This document shows, one piece after another, positions 43,617-61,342 of a stretch of DNA of 64,000 nucleotides. The notes under the pieces were generated by a model. It was not told the origin of the DNA. It was given only the letters and a program-made list of their open reading frames with translations, and ran no database searches. A program made the translations under genes and the position numbers. How positions within the stretch are numbered: the stretch's first letter is position 1; each line of letters opens with the position of its first letter. Source of the stretch: Escherichia coli (GTDB lineage: Bacteria > Pseudomonadota > Gammaproteobacteria > Enterobacterales > Enterobacteriaceae); assembly GCF_048403405.1 (NCBI RefSeq), contig NZ_CP183129.1, one strand, 5' to 3'.

Positions 43617-44882
43617 ATGAGAAAAATAGTGGCCATGGCCGTTATTTGCCTGACGGCTGCCTCTGGCCTTACCTCTGCTTACGCGGCGCAACTGGCTGAC
43701 GATGAAGCGGGACTACGCATCAGACTGAAAAACGAATTGCGCAGGGCTGATAAGCCCAGTGCTGGCGCGGGAAGAGATATTTACGCATGGGTACAGGGAG
43801 GATTGCTCGATTTCAATAGTGGTTATTATTCCAATATTATTGGCGTTGAAGGCGGAGCGTATTATGTTTATAAATTAGGTGCTCGTGCTGATATGAGTAC
43901 CCGGTGGTATCTTGATGGTGATAAAAGTTTTGGCTTTGCCCTGGGGGCAGTAAAAATAAAACCCAGTGAAAATAGTCTGCTTAAATTAGGTCGCTTCGGG
44001 ACGGATTATAGTTATGGTAGCTTACCTTATCGTATTCCGTTAATGGCTGGCAGTTCGCAACGTACATTACCGACAGTTTCTGAAGGAGCATTAGGTTATT
44101 GGGCTTTAACGCCAAATATTGATCTGTGGGGAATGTGGCGTTCACGAGTATTTTTATGGACCGATTCAACAACCGGTATTCGTGATGAAGGGGTGTATAA
44201 CAGCCAGACGGGAAAATACGATAAACACCGCGCACGTTCTTTTTTAGCCGCCAGTTGGCATGATGATACCAGTCGCTATTCTCTGGGGGCATCGGTACAG
44301 AAAGATGTATCCAATCAGATACAAAGTATTCTCGAGAAAAGCATACCGCTTGACCCGAATTATACGTTGAAAGGGGAGTTGCTCGGCTTTTACGCGCAAC
44401 TCGAAGGTTTAAGTCGTAATACCAGCCAGCCCAATGAAACGGCGTTGGTTAGTGGACAATTGACCTGGAATGCGCCGTGGGGAAGCGTATTTGGCAGTGG
44501 TGGTTATTTGCGCCATGCAATGAATGGTGCCGTGGTGGATACCGACATTGGCTATCCCTTTTCATTAAGTCTTGATCGTAACCGTGAAGGAATGCAGTCC
44601 TGGCAATTGGGTGTCAACTATCGTTTAACGCCGCAATTTACGCTGACATTTGCACCGATTGTGACTCGCGGCTATGAATCCAGTAAACGAGATGTGCGGA
44701 TTGAAGGCGCGGGTATCTTAGGTGGTATGAACTATCGGGTCAGCGAAGGGCCGTTACAAGGGATGAATTTCTTTCTTGCTGCCGATAAAGGACGGGAAAA
44801 ACGCGATGGCAGTGCGCTGGGCGATCGCCTGAATTACTGGGATGTGAAAATGAGTATTCAGTATGACTTTATGCTGAAGTAA
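43617..44882 (+). CDS. uidC: Outer-membrane glucuronide porin
   Basis: 421-aa ORF with signal peptide. Confidence 0.9.
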   Translation: MRKIVAMAVICLTAASGLTSAYAAQLADDEAGLRIRLKNELRRADKPSAGAGRDIYAWVQGGLLDFNSGYYSNIIGVEGGAYYVYKLGARADMSTRWYLDGDKSFGFALGAVKIKPSENSLLKLGRFGTDYSYGSLPYRIPLMAGSSQRTLPTVSEGALGYWALTPNIDLWGMWRSRVFLWTDSTTGIRDEGVYNSQTGKYDKHRARSFLAASWHDDTSRYSLGASVQKDVSNQIQSILEKSIPLDPNYTLKGELLGFYAQLEGLSRNTSQPNETALVSGQLTWNAPWGSVFGSGGYLRHAMNGAVVDTDIGYPFSLSLDRNREGMQSWQLGVNYRLTPQFTLTFAPIVTRGYESSKRDVRIEGAGILGGMNYRVSEGPLQGMNFFLAADKGREKRDGSALGDRLNYWDVKMSIQYDFMLK

Positions 44883-44889
44883 CAAATAA

Positions 44890-44917
44890 CGCCGGAGAGA
44901 AAAATCTCCGGCGTTTT
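44890..44917. terminator. Bidirectional terminator CGCCGGAGA-GAAAAA-TCTCCGGCG + TTTT between uidC and ydgA
   Basis: Perfect 9-bp stem and T-run. Confidence 0.8.
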
Positions 44918-44926
44918 GGCTGTGAA

Positions 44927-46435
44927 TTACTGCTGCGGAATAGCGGGTACAGCCGGAACGTTTAATGCCGGCATTGCAAACATCCCAACAAAATCTTCCA
45001 GTGGCATTTTCTGCCCGTTTAACGTGATCTGACCGTTAGCATATTGCAGGCTGGTGGTGATGGTATTGTCCTGCAAGGTGGTCAGGCGGAACATCTGCCC
45101 CATTGCTGACGCACCTTCAACTTGCTGTTTCGCCAGTTTTTTTGCTTGATCTTCCTGATAACCTTCCAGCTTCGCTACCTGAGTCATAAACTCAGTTGCC
45201 ATATCCACCGGAATGGTCAGTTTCGCATCCAGAGATTTAACCGAGCGGTCTACTTCCTGCGCCAGCGTTTGCGGCGCTTCTTTAGTCGTTGCCGGATCTT
45301 TCAGGAACAGCGACAGATTCAGCGCACTTTCACCCTGACTGTTTTTCCAGCTTAGCGGCGCGATAGTAATCACCGGATCGCCTTTCAACATCAGCGGCAG
45401 GGCGCTAAAGAAGGCTTCCGTCACTTTCTCCTGATAAAGTTCGGGATTGTTGGCAATTTCTGGCTGTGCCAGCAGCGCCTGAGTTTGCGCGTTATATTGC
45501 TGGCTAAACTGATGCCAGGCTTCACCATCAATCTGGCCGACTTTTAAAGTCAGCTTGCCGCTGCCCAGATCCTGATTCTGTACCTTCAGGCTGTTTAGCG
45601 AGTAATCCAGTTGGCTATTGATCGTTTTACCGTCATTGACCAGATCCGATTTACCGCTGATCTCCATGCCTTCCAGCAGTGCCAGTTCTTTGCCTTCCAC
45701 TGAAATGGTCATTTTTTCCAGCGACAGTTTTTGATTTCCTACGCGCTCACCAAAACTTGCCAGCGTGCTGGAACCGTCGGTTTTCAGATTATTAAAGGTC
45801 AACTGTACTTTCTGGTTGTATTCGTTAACCGCGTCTATCCGACCACTTTGCGCCTCCCCGGAAAGGGAGATAGCTTTGCCGTCTCTGTCTGCATTTAACT
45901 GGAACTCGCCGCCGCTAAAGGCGACTTTTTCATCCTTTTGCTCGTAATTCAGTGGCTTGAGCGAAATATCGGAACTGGAATCACCTCTGTAACCAATGCG
46001 GGAGTTAATCTCAAAAGGCGTTTCACCTTTTGCCATATCAAACAGTGGCTTGCTAACTTCGTTATTAACCAGCGTGGTTTGAATTGATGCCATCGACGGG
46101 ATCAGGTTCAGTTTTTTTAGCTGGGCAAGGGGGAAGGGACCATGATCAACTGATTCGTTGAAGATGACGCTCTGACCGCTTTTAATCCACGGATTTTCTT
46201 TCCCGGCAATGGGTTTCACCAATAGTTGCAGCTGACTGCTGAATACGCCGCGATGATAGTTTTGATAACTCACTTCCAGGTTGGATTCAGGAGCGGTCAG
46301 TTTGAGTTGCGCGTTCGCCTGCGCGACCATGTCTTCGAGATGGGTTTCAATCTTCTTGCCTGTATACCATGCGCCGCCTGTCCAGACTACGCCTAGCGCA
46401 ACAATGACGCCTACCGCTACCAGCGATTTATTCAT
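44927..46435 (-). CDS. ydgA: DUF945-family protein
   Basis: 502-aa ORF, N-terminal TM/signal. Confidence 0.85.
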   Translation of the reverse strand: MNKSLVAVGVIVALGVVWTGGAWYTGKKIETHLEDMVAQANAQLKLTAPESNLEVSYQNYHRGVFSSQLQLLVKPIAGKENPWIKSGQSVIFNESVDHGPFPLAQLKKLNLIPSMASIQTTLVNNEVSKPLFDMAKGETPFEINSRIGYRGDSSSDISLKPLNYEQKDEKVAFSGGEFQLNADRDGKAISLSGEAQSGRIDAVNEYNQKVQLTFNNLKTDGSSTLASFGERVGNQKLSLEKMTISVEGKELALLEGMEISGKSDLVNDGKTINSQLDYSLNSLKVQNQDLGSGKLTLKVGQIDGEAWHQFSQQYNAQTQALLAQPEIANNPELYQEKVTEAFFSALPLMLKGDPVITIAPLSWKNSQGESALNLSLFLKDPATTKEAPQTLAQEVDRSVKSLDAKLTIPVDMATEFMTQVAKLEGYQEDQAKKLAKQQVEGASAMGQMFRLTTLQDNTITTSLQYANGQITLNGQKMPLEDFVGMFAMPALNVPAVPAIPQQ

Positions 46436-46449
46436 AATGATTATCCATA

Positions 46450-46478
46450 AAATGAAATCAGGCGGACTGGCCGCCTGA
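46450..46478 (-). terminator. manA terminator hairpin TCAGGCGG-ACTGG-CCGCCTGA
   Basis: Perfect 8-bp stem, U-rich downstream on the minus transcript. Confidence 0.65.
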
Positions 46479-46535
46479 AGGTGTTATAAGCCTTTAATAA
46501 GCTTAGCAAGAGATGTTAATTTTTTCAGTAAGCTC

Positions 46536-47711
46536 TTACAGCTTGTTGTAAACACGCGCTAAACGGCCGTGGCCTTTGACAGTCACCGGTGATTCGTTGG
46601 CGGCAATAAACGCTGATTCACCCGGTTTAAGCTGTAACTGCTGAGAACCTTTCCACAGCGTTGCATCGCCTTCGACGCAGAACAAAATGGCGGCACTCTG
46701 CTGGCTGATGGTGGTTTCTTTATCACTAAGGTCATGCAGCGAGAAGGCAAAATCATCCACAGGAATCGGGAAGTCCAGTTCTGCACCTTGTTTCACCGGC
46801 TGGGTCAACAACTGGTTAGCCGGTTTGGCTTCGAACTTCACATTGGCAACCAGTTCCGGAATATCAATGTATTTAGGCGTCAGACCCGCACGCAGCACGT
46901 TATCGGAGTTCGCCATCACTTCCAGCGCCACGCCTTGCAGGTAAGCGTGCGGTGTTTCAGCGAACAGGAACATCGCTTCGCCAGGATTCAATTTCACCAC
47001 ATTCAGCAACAGCGGGGAGAACAGACCGCTGTCATCCGGGTAAAATTCAGAAATTAAACGAATTGTTTGCCACGGTTCACCCTGCTGGCTGTCAAGGGCC
47101 GATTTTAAAATCGCCAGCGCGCGGGATTTTTCTTCACCCTGCATATTCAACAGGCTGGCGAACAGTTCGCTTAAACGTTCGGCATCAGGCTGTTGTAAAA
47201 AGTGAGCAATCGCCGGATGTGCACCTGCGACCGGCTGGAGCAGGGAGACAATCTCGGAAAACTCACGAAACGCGTTCATCGCAAGGAAAGGCGTCAGCGC
47301 AAAAACCAGCTCCGGCTTGTGGTTAGGATCTTTATAGTTACGCTCGGCGGCATCCAACGGAATACCTGCGGCATTTTCTTTGGCAAAACCGATTTCAGAA
47401 TTGCGTTTGTTTGGATGAACCTGAATGGAGAGCGGCTGTGCTGCGCATAATACTTTGAACAGGAAAGGCAGTTCGCCAAAGCGTTTGGCAACGGCCTCTC
47501 CGAGCAGAGTCGATTTATCACTCTCAATCACATCACGCAGTGAAACGATATCTCCGGCGGCATTCTGCACTCGTGAACTGCTTTTCGGATGTGCGCCCAT
47601 CCACAGCTCGGCCATCGGCTGGCTGGACGGATTTTCCATACCATAAAGTTCAGTCAACGCCGTTTTGCTGCCCCAGGCATAGTTTTGCACTGAGTTAATG
47701 AGTTTTTGCAT
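46536..47711 (-). CDS. manA: Mannose-6-phosphate isomerase (type I)
   Basis: 391-aa product from the ATG at 47709-47711. Confidence 0.95.
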   Translation of the reverse strand: MQKLINSVQNYAWGSKTALTELYGMENPSSQPMAELWMGAHPKSSSRVQNAAGDIVSLRDVIESDKSTLLGEAVAKRFGELPFLFKVLCAAQPLSIQVHPNKRNSEIGFAKENAAGIPLDAAERNYKDPNHKPELVFALTPFLAMNAFREFSEIVSLLQPVAGAHPAIAHFLQQPDAERLSELFASLLNMQGEEKSRALAILKSALDSQQGEPWQTIRLISEFYPDDSGLFSPLLLNVVKLNPGEAMFLFAETPHAYLQGVALEVMANSDNVLRAGLTPKYIDIPELVANVKFEAKPANQLLTQPVKQGAELDFPIPVDDFAFSLHDLSDKETTISQQSAAILFCVEGDATLWKGSQQLQLKPGESAFIAANESPVTVKGHGRLARVYNKL

Positions 47712-47909
47712 GATCAATCCCTGTTTTAATGTGGAAATTAATCCCGCTATTAAAGCAAGAATCCTACGGGAAGTAACCTGGAGCCGCAAAAAGTCGTACT
47801 AGTCTCAGTTTTTGTTAAAAAAGTGTGTAGGATATTGTTACTCGCTTTTAACAGGGCAACGGAACACCCGCCCAGAGCATAACCAAACCAGGCAGTAAGT
47901 GAGAGAACA

Positions 47910-49556
47910 ATGTCAAACAAACCCTTTCATTATCAGGCTCCTTTTCCACTCAAAAAAGATGATACTGAGTATTACCTGCTAACCAGCGAACACGTTAGCG
48001 TATCTGAATTTGAAGGGCAGGAGATTTTGAAAGTCGCACCCGAAGCGTTAACTTTGTTGGCGCGTCAGGCGTTTCATGATGCGTCATTTATGCTGCGTCC
48101 GGCTCACCAACAACAGGTGGCCGACATTCTGCGTGACCCGGAAGCCAGCGAAAATGATAAATATGTGGCGCTGCAATTCCTGCGCAACTCCGACATCGCC
48201 GCAAAAGGCGTTCTGCCAACCTGTCAGGATACCGGCACCGCGATTATTGTTGGTAAAAAAGGGCAGCGTGTATGGACCGGTGGCGGTGATGAAGCGGCGC
48301 TGGCACGCGGTGTCTATAACACTTATATCGAAGATAATCTGCGCTACTCGCAAAACGCGCCGCTGGATATGTATAAAGAGGTGAATACCGGCACCAATCT
48401 ACCAGCGCAGATCGATCTTTATGCCGTTGATGGCGACGAGTACAAATTCCTCTGTATCGCCAAAGGTGGCGGTTCGGCAAACAAGACGTATCTCTATCAG
48501 GAAACCAAAGCGTTACTGACGCCGGGGAAACTGAAAAATTACCTGGTTGAGAAGATGCGCACGCTGGGTACGGCGGCCTGTCCTCCGTATCATATTGCGT
48601 TCGTTATTGGTGGAACTTCTGCAGAAACGAACCTTAAAACGGTGAAACTGGCTTCCGCTAAATACTATGATGAACTGCCAACGGAAGGGAATGAGCACGG
48701 ACAGGCGTTCCGCGATGTGGAACTGGAAAAAGAATTGCTGATCGAAGCGCAAAATCTTGGTCTGGGTGCGCAGTTTGGCGGTAAATACTTCGCTCACGAC
48801 ATCCGCGTGATTCGCCTGCCACGTCACGGCGCATCCTGCCCGGTCGGTATGGGCGTCTCCTGTTCTGCTGACCGTAATATCAAAGCAAAGATCAACCGTC
48901 AGGGGATTTGGATCGAAAAACTGGAACATAATCCAGGCAAATATATCCCGGAAGAGCTGCGCAAAGCGGGAGAAGGCGAAGCGGTGCGCGTTGACCTTAA
49001 CCGTCCGATGAAAGAGATCCTCGCACAGTTGTCGCAGTATCCCGTTTCTACACGCTTATCGCTGAATGGCACGATTATCGTTGGTCGTGATATTGCTCAC
49101 GCCAAACTGAAAGAGCGGATGGATAACGGCGAAGGGCTGCCGCAGTATATTAAAGATCATCCGATTTACTACGCGGGTCCGGCCAAAACGCCGGAAGGTT
49201 ATGCCTCCGGTTCTCTTGGCCCAACGACCGCCGGACGGATGGATTCTTATGTCGATCAACTGCAAGCGCAGGGCGGAAGTATGATCATGCTGGCGAAAGG
49301 CAACCGCAGCCAGCAGGTGACGGATGCCTGTAAAAAACACGGCGGTTTCTACCTCGGTAGTATCGGTGGTCCGGCAGCTGTATTGGCGCAGGGAAGTATT
49401 AAGAGCCTGGAATGTGTTGAATATCCGGAACTGGGAATGGAAGCCATCTGGAAAATTGAAGTGGAAGATTTCCCGGCATTTATCCTTGTGGATGATAAAG
49501 GAAATGACTTCTTCCAGCAGATACAACTCACACAGTGCACCCGCTGTGTGAAATAA
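47910..49556 (+). CDS. fumA: Class I (Fe-S) fumarate hydratase
   Basis: 548-aa ORF. Confidence 0.95.
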   Translation: MSNKPFHYQAPFPLKKDDTEYYLLTSEHVSVSEFEGQEILKVAPEALTLLARQAFHDASFMLRPAHQQQVADILRDPEASENDKYVALQFLRNSDIAAKGVLPTCQDTGTAIIVGKKGQRVWTGGGDEAALARGVYNTYIEDNLRYSQNAPLDMYKEVNTGTNLPAQIDLYAVDGDEYKFLCIAKGGGSANKTYLYQETKALLTPGKLKNYLVEKMRTLGTAACPPYHIAFVIGGTSAETNLKTVKLASAKYYDELPTEGNEHGQAFRDVELEKELLIEAQNLGLGAQFGGKYFAHDIRVIRLPRHGASCPVGMGVSCSADRNIKAKINRQGIWIEKLEHNPGKYIPEELRKAGEGEAVRVDLNRPMKEILAQLSQYPVSTRLSLNGTIIVGRDIAHAKLKERMDNGEGLPQYIKDHPIYYAGPAKTPEGYASGSLGPTTAGRMDSYVDQLQAQGGSMIMLAKGNRSQQVTDACKKHGGFYLGSIGGPAAVLAQGSIKSLECVEYPELGMEAIWKIEVEDFPAFILVDDKGNDFFQQIQLTQCTRCVK

Positions 49557-49561
49557 ACAGA

Positions 49562-49586
49562 GCCGCCCTTCGGGGCGGTTTTTTTA
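49562..49586 (+). terminator. Rho-independent terminator CCGCCC-TTCG-GGGCGG + T7 after fumA
   Basis: GC stem, tetraloop, T7 run. Confidence 0.85.
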
Positions 49587-49698
49587 CATGGCACGAAAGA
49601 CCAAACATTTGTTATCAAATAGTAAATAATAAGTGAGCTAAAAGTTGCTTAACGAAAGCAAAACAGAAAGAAAAAATTAATCAGGTGAGGAGCAGGCC

Positions 49699-53406
<3,708 letters not shown>

Positions 53407-53409
53407 CGC

Positions 53410-54129
53410 TTATTCCCATGCATGAGGCGCAAAAAGATAGCCTTTGTTACGCACAGTTTTAATGCGATAAGGTTCTGCGGCGTTATCGAGCAGTTTTTTT
53501 CTTAACCGCGAAATAGCCACGTCCACGCTACGATCCAGTCCGTCATAACTGACGCCACGTAAATTTTTCAGCAATGCATCGCGGTCCATGATTTGCCCAG
53601 CATGGGTAGCTAATTCCCACAATAATTCGAAATCAGCTGTCGAGAGCGAGATTTCAGTGTTAGCCAGGGTGACTACGCGGTTGATAGGATCGATGGTCAA
53701 CGTGCCGAAATGCAGGGCTTTGTAGGGAGTCAGAGACGTTTCCTGAAGACCTTTGCTCAGTGTGGCTTGCTCATTCTGACGCAAATGCAAACGTAAACGC
53801 GCTAACAAAACAGCAGGGGGCGTCGTTTTGAGAATATAGTCGCAGGCTCCCATTTCCAGTGCCAGGATGTGGTTCATATCGCTATCGAGAGAGGTTAGAA
53901 GAACAATTGGTCCGGACCACTTTGCGCGTAAATCACGACAAATGGTCATGCCGTCCTTGCCTGGTAGCATGATGTCGAGTAACACCAAATCCGGATTTTC
54001 TCGCAGAATAGTTTCTTCGGCCTGGTCGCCGCGCGGCTCTACGGTAACCTGCATATCATGTTTTGCCAGGTACGCGGCAATCAGTGAACCGACTTCCGCA
54101 TCATCTTCCACAAATACGATAGTGTTCAT
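53410..54129 (-). CDS. rstA: OmpR-family response regulator
   Basis: 239-aa product from the ATG at 54127-54129. Confidence 0.93.
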   Translation of the reverse strand: MNTIVFVEDDAEVGSLIAAYLAKHDMQVTVEPRGDQAEETILRENPDLVLLDIMLPGKDGMTICRDLRAKWSGPIVLLTSLDSDMNHILALEMGACDYILKTTPPAVLLARLRLHLRQNEQATLSKGLQETSLTPYKALHFGTLTIDPINRVVTLANTEISLSTADFELLWELATHAGQIMDRDALLKNLRGVSYDGLDRSVDVAISRLRKKLLDNAAEPYRIKTVRNKGYLFAPHAWE

Positions 54130-54257
54130 ATTATTCACGGTAGATATAAAAACGTCACAATACACCGCGCTGTTTTTACTTACTATCAATCGTTTCTAAA
54201 CAAGTTTTCATCAGGTATTCTACTGATGACTTGTTATGGAAGTGTTAAGGTAAAAAG

Positions 54258-54593
54258 ATGGGGCTGGTAATCAAAGCCGCGCTCGGTGCGCTGGTAGTGC
54301 TGTTGATTGGTGTTTTAGCAAAAACGAAAAATTATTATATCGCCGGGCTGATCCCACTTTTCCCGACCTTTGCGCTCATCGCGCATTATATTGTTGCCAG
54401 CGAACGCGGCATTGAAGCCTTACGCGCAACCATCATTTTTAGCATGTGGTCGATTATTCCCTATTTTGTTTACCTGGCGTCGCTGTGGTATTTCACCGGA
54501 ATGATGCGCTTGCCCGCCGCTTTTGTTGGTTCTGTTGCGTGTTGGGGGATAAGCGCATGGGTGTTGATTATATGCTGGATAAAGCTGCATTAA
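54258..54593 (+). CDS. ydgC: GlpM-family inner membrane protein
   Basis: 111-aa hydrophobic ORF. Confidence 0.85.
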   Translation: MGLVIKAALGALVVLLIGVLAKTKNYYIAGLIPLFPTFALIAHYIVASERGIEALRATIIFSMWSIIPYFVYLASLWYFTGMMRLPAAFVGSVACWGISAWVLIICWIKLH

Positions 54594-55312
54594 CGCAGAT
54601 GACGACCGCCATCAAGAGGGAAACTGCGTCCGGTGACAAAGCAGCTGGTAAGTAAGTAATCGACCAGGTCGATCACTTCTTTCTCGCCAGGCGCGGTTTT
54701 CATCAGTGATTTATTCAGCGCCTGTTGTCGATATTCGGCATCATCATGTTCATTAAACAGGATCAGCGATGGCGCAATAGAATTCACTTTCACTTCCGGT
54801 GCCAGCTTGCGGGCAAACGAGCGGGTCATATTATCCAGTGCCGCTTTGCTTGCAGCATACGCAACATGTTTGTCGCTACCGCGCTCCACCACATAATCGG
54901 TAAAGTGAATGATATCGCTGGCGGCGTGTCCGTGCCCACGCAGTAATCTTTCCAGCGCATGGTTGAGCAGGTATGGGGTATTAACGTGGATCTGCATCAT
55001 GCAAGCCAGTACGTCGGCCAGTGGTGTACCTGGTTTTTCTGCCATCCACGCACTGGCGTTATGCAAAATAGCACGCAGACCATGGGTGCTTTTTAGTACT
55101 TCATCGGCAAACGCCATCACACCGTCGTTGGTCGAAAAATCAGCCTGAATACACTGCGCACCTGCGTTAATCAGTCCATCAATGGCTGGATAGTGCGTCC
55201 GATAGCTGATAATCACCGGTTGCTTTTGATTAATGAAATGCCATGCGAGGGCGAGGCCGATGCGACGACCACCGCCAGTAATTAATATTGGCAAGGGCTG
55301 GGCTTTACCCAT
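54590..55312 (-). CDS. folM: Dihydromonapterin/dihydrofolate reductase (SDR)
   Basis: 240-aa ORF; TGGGRRIG Rossmann motif. Confidence 0.9.
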   Translation of the reverse strand: MGKAQPLPILITGGGRRIGLALAWHFINQKQPVIISYRTHYPAIDGLINAGAQCIQADFSTNDGVMAFADEVLKSTHGLRAILHNASAWMAEKPGTPLADVLACMMQIHVNTPYLLNHALERLLRGHGHAASDIIHFTDYVVERGSDKHVAYAASKAALDNMTRSFARKLAPEVKVNSIAPSLILFNEHDDAEYRQQALNKSLMKTAPGEKEVIDLVDYLLTSCFVTGRSFPLDGGRHLR

Positions 55313-55348
55313 CGTTATCTCCTTTGCTATCCAACGATGGGATGAACG

Positions 55349-56731
55349 TTATCCCACCAGCATCCAGGTCGCCGGAACTGAGGCAATTAACAGCATGCCA
55401 ATCAGCACCATTTCCTGACGATTCAGTACATTATCATGGGTATGCGTTTTACGCGCGTACAGGAAAACCAGCAGCCCCGGTGCATACAGAACAACGGATA
55501 ACAGCAAGTGCATTGGACCAGAGGCGTACAATAACCATAAGCCATAAATGCAGGCACCGACACCTACCGCTTTATGCAGTGGACGGGTTGCGATTTTCAG
55601 CAAGAACGCGCCGACCAGGAAATAGGGCACCAGAATCATTTCTGAGGCGATGGTCAGCAACGTGTTGTAATCGGAACCGGTCAGCCAGATGAGTACCAGA
55701 CAAATTTGCACGCAGATGTTGGTCAACCACAGTGAGGCGGATGGCGCAGCTTGTGTGTTCTGGCGCGCAAAAATGCGCGGGAATGCTTTATGAGTGGCGG
55801 CCAGGAACGGAACTTCTGCCGCCATGATGGTCCAGCTTAAGTACGCGCCGCAAACGGAAACGATTAAACCGGCAGCGATGATGATTTCGCCCCATGGTCC
55901 CATCATTTCCACCATCAGACCGGCCATTGACGGGTTACGAATTTCAGCCAGTTCAGGACGTGCCACCACACCCAACGAAAGCAGCGTTACCAGCAAGTAA
56001 ACGCCCAGAGCGGAGAGAACCGCCAGCAGTGTCGCTTTGCCAACATCACGTTTATTACGCGCACGCGCAGAAACAACCACGGCACCTTCCACACCAATGA
56101 AAACCCACAGGGTGATCAGCATGGTGTTTTTCACCTGTTCCCAAACGGGTACGCCAAGTGCAAGTCCGGTGAAGTCGAGCTTGAAGGTATCCAGTTTGAA
56201 CATCATCATCGCCAACACAACAAACAGACCCAGCGGCAACAGTTTTGCCAGTGTTGCCACCAGGTTAATGCTGGCAGCGGTTTGCACCCCGCGCAGGATC
56301 AAAAAGTGAACAATCCACAATAAAGCCGATGCACCGACGATCGATTGCCAGGTATTACCATCGCCAAACAGGCGCAATTCCGGCGTGTCCGTAAAAAAGC
56401 TTAACGCGGAAAAAACGATCACCAGATAGGAGACGTTGGCGATGACCGCGCACAGCCAGTATCCCCATGCGGAACAAAAGCCGATTAGCTCGCCAAACCC
56501 TTCGCGGGCATAGGTAAAGATACCGCCGTCAAGTTCGGGACGAATGCGCGTGAGGATCAGCATGGCAAAGGCCAGCAATAAAATGCCAGCGCCAGTAATG
56601 CCCCAGCCGATGAGCAGTGCTGCCGGGCTGGCAACTGCTGCCATATTTTGCGGCAGACTGAAAACACCCGCGCCCAGCATTGAGCTTAATACCAGCGCGG
56701 TGAGTGCGCTCAGTCCCAGTTTCTTTTCCAT
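55349..56731 (-). CDS. ydgI: APC-family arginine:ornithine antiporter-like transporter
   Basis: 460-aa polytopic ORF. Confidence 0.85.
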   Translation of the reverse strand: MEKKLGLSALTALVLSSMLGAGVFSLPQNMAAVASPAALLIGWGITGAGILLLAFAMLILTRIRPELDGGIFTYAREGFGELIGFCSAWGYWLCAVIANVSYLVIVFSALSFFTDTPELRLFGDGNTWQSIVGASALLWIVHFLILRGVQTAASINLVATLAKLLPLGLFVVLAMMMFKLDTFKLDFTGLALGVPVWEQVKNTMLITLWVFIGVEGAVVVSARARNKRDVGKATLLAVLSALGVYLLVTLLSLGVVARPELAEIRNPSMAGLMVEMMGPWGEIIIAAGLIVSVCGAYLSWTIMAAEVPFLAATHKAFPRIFARQNTQAAPSASLWLTNICVQICLVLIWLTGSDYNTLLTIASEMILVPYFLVGAFLLKIATRPLHKAVGVGACIYGLWLLYASGPMHLLLSVVLYAPGLLVFLYARKTHTHDNVLNRQEMVLIGMLLIASVPATWMLVG

Positions 56732-56877
56732 CGATATCCAGTGATTAAAACGTGATAAGAAGAATAAATATTAGGGCAAAACGCATAAAAATGGAGTTTG
56801 CCACTGAAGCGCGGGATTTTACGAAGAGATGTGTCTGCATGCAATGGTCGCGGGGAAATTTGTGACTAAAAATGCGA

Positions 56878-56898
56878 AAGGCGGCATCAAGCCGCCTT
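56878..56898 (-). terminator. ydgH terminator AAGGCGGC-ATCAA-GCCGCCTT with U-rich tail
   Basis: Perfect 8-bp stem. Confidence 0.6.
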
Positions 56899-56916
56899 AT
56901 AGGAGTAACTGAATAG

Positions 56917-57861
56917 TTATTTATACAGATCTGCGCTGACGGTCAGGTTATTACCACGTTCCTGCCACTGGCGGGTGATGTGGTAATATTTAGCACCTTT
57001 CTTCGCGGCACGTTTCGCAACCTGATAGGAGACTTCAGTCATGTTGCCGTAGTTGCCAGAGAATTTGATGCTGTCGAACGGGACCATCATCGCTGCGGTC
57101 GCTTTGTTCAGTTCTTCGACTTTAGTGCCGTCAGGAAGCGTGACAGTGTAACGCCCGCCTTTTGATGACTGGGTTTCAAAGAAGCGACCGACTTCAGAGC
57201 TTGGTGATGCGGTAGTCGCAACACCCGGAATCTCAACTTTCTTCGCGGCTTCGCCACCGGCAGCCAGAGCTGCACGTCCTGCTTCGGAATCTGCCGGGAT
57301 CACATCCGGGCTCTGGACGATACGTTTCTTCGCATCTTTTTTATAGATGAATGCAGTAATACGCTGGTTGCCGCCCTGGTTGGCATCGATTTGACGAACG
57401 ATGTAGAAAGAGTAGGCACCTTTCGCTTTTGCCGCTTTGGTGATGGCATCATTGACTTCTGGCTGGCTACGATAGAAGCCCTGGACGGTGACCGTGTCAA
57501 ACGGTTCAATCAGAACAGCCTGATCTTTCGGCAGTTCGACAACACCGTTAATTACGCGATTACTTGTTTCTTCTGCTTTTTCAGCATCGGCTTTATAGAG
57601 GTCAGCGACCACACGCCAGTTACCGCTGTTACCAAAATCAGAAGTGTCGACAACATAAAAAGAGGCGGCACCTTCTTTATCTGCGCGACGAGAAACGGCT
57701 TTCACCGCTTCGCCAATAGCATTAAAACGACCGGTAACCACTACACGGTCAAAAGGTTTAACCGCTGCCGCTTGCTCCGGTGTCAGTTCTGTTGCTGCGT
57801 TAACGGAGAATGCCGTAGCAGAAAGCAGTGCCGACGCCAGGAGGGTGTTCTTAAGCTTCAT
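56917..57861 (-). CDS. ydgH: DUF1471 (YdgH/BhsA/McbA) triple-repeat periplasmic protein
   Basis: 314-aa ORF with signal peptide and three internal repeats. Confidence 0.85.
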   Translation of the reverse strand: MKLKNTLLASALLSATAFSVNAATELTPEQAAAVKPFDRVVVTGRFNAIGEAVKAVSRRADKEGAASFYVVDTSDFGNSGNWRVVADLYKADAEKAEETSNRVINGVVELPKDQAVLIEPFDTVTVQGFYRSQPEVNDAITKAAKAKGAYSFYIVRQIDANQGGNQRITAFIYKKDAKKRIVQSPDVIPADSEAGRAALAAGGEAAKKVEIPGVATTASPSSEVGRFFETQSSKGGRYTVTLPDGTKVEELNKATAAMMVPFDSIKFSGNYGNMTEVSYQVAKRAAKKGAKYYHITRQWQERGNNLTVSADLYK

Positions 57862-58321
57862 AAAAATAATCCTTCGCCTTGCGCAAACCAGGTACTGGTA
57901 TTGTTATTAACGAGAAACGTGGCTGATTATTGCATTTAAACGGTGTAACTGTCTGCGTCATTTTTCATATCACATTCCTTAAGCCAATTTTAATCCTGCT
58001 CAAATGACCGTCTATGCTTAAAAAACAGCCGTATCAGCATCAATACTACTGAAGCAACTGAATTGTATAAGTTAATTTAATGTTAAGTAGTGATTCGTGC
58101 CGGGGCGATGTCTCGTTTTACCTGACCGTCGAAGACAATTATCAGTCTTTATCCAACGTTCTAAGGTGTTTATCCCACTATCACGGCTGAATCGTTAATA
58201 TTTTGCGAGTTCACGCCGAAATACTGATTTTTGGCGCTAGATCACAGGCATAATTTTCAGTACGTTATAGGGCGTTTGTTACTAATTTATTTTAACGGAG
58301 TAACATTTAGCTCGTACATGA

Positions 58322-59917
<1,596 letters not shown>

Positions 59918-59924
59918 GGGGTAA

Positions 59925-61316
<1,392 letters not shown>

Positions 61317-61320
61317 CCCT

Positions 61321-61342
61321 GACGGCCTCTGCGGAGGCCGTC
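61321..61342. terminator. Bidirectional hairpin GACGGCCTC-TGCG-GAGGCCGTC between pntB and tqsA
   Basis: Perfect 9-bp stem; overlaps the tqsA stop. Confidence 0.55.
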
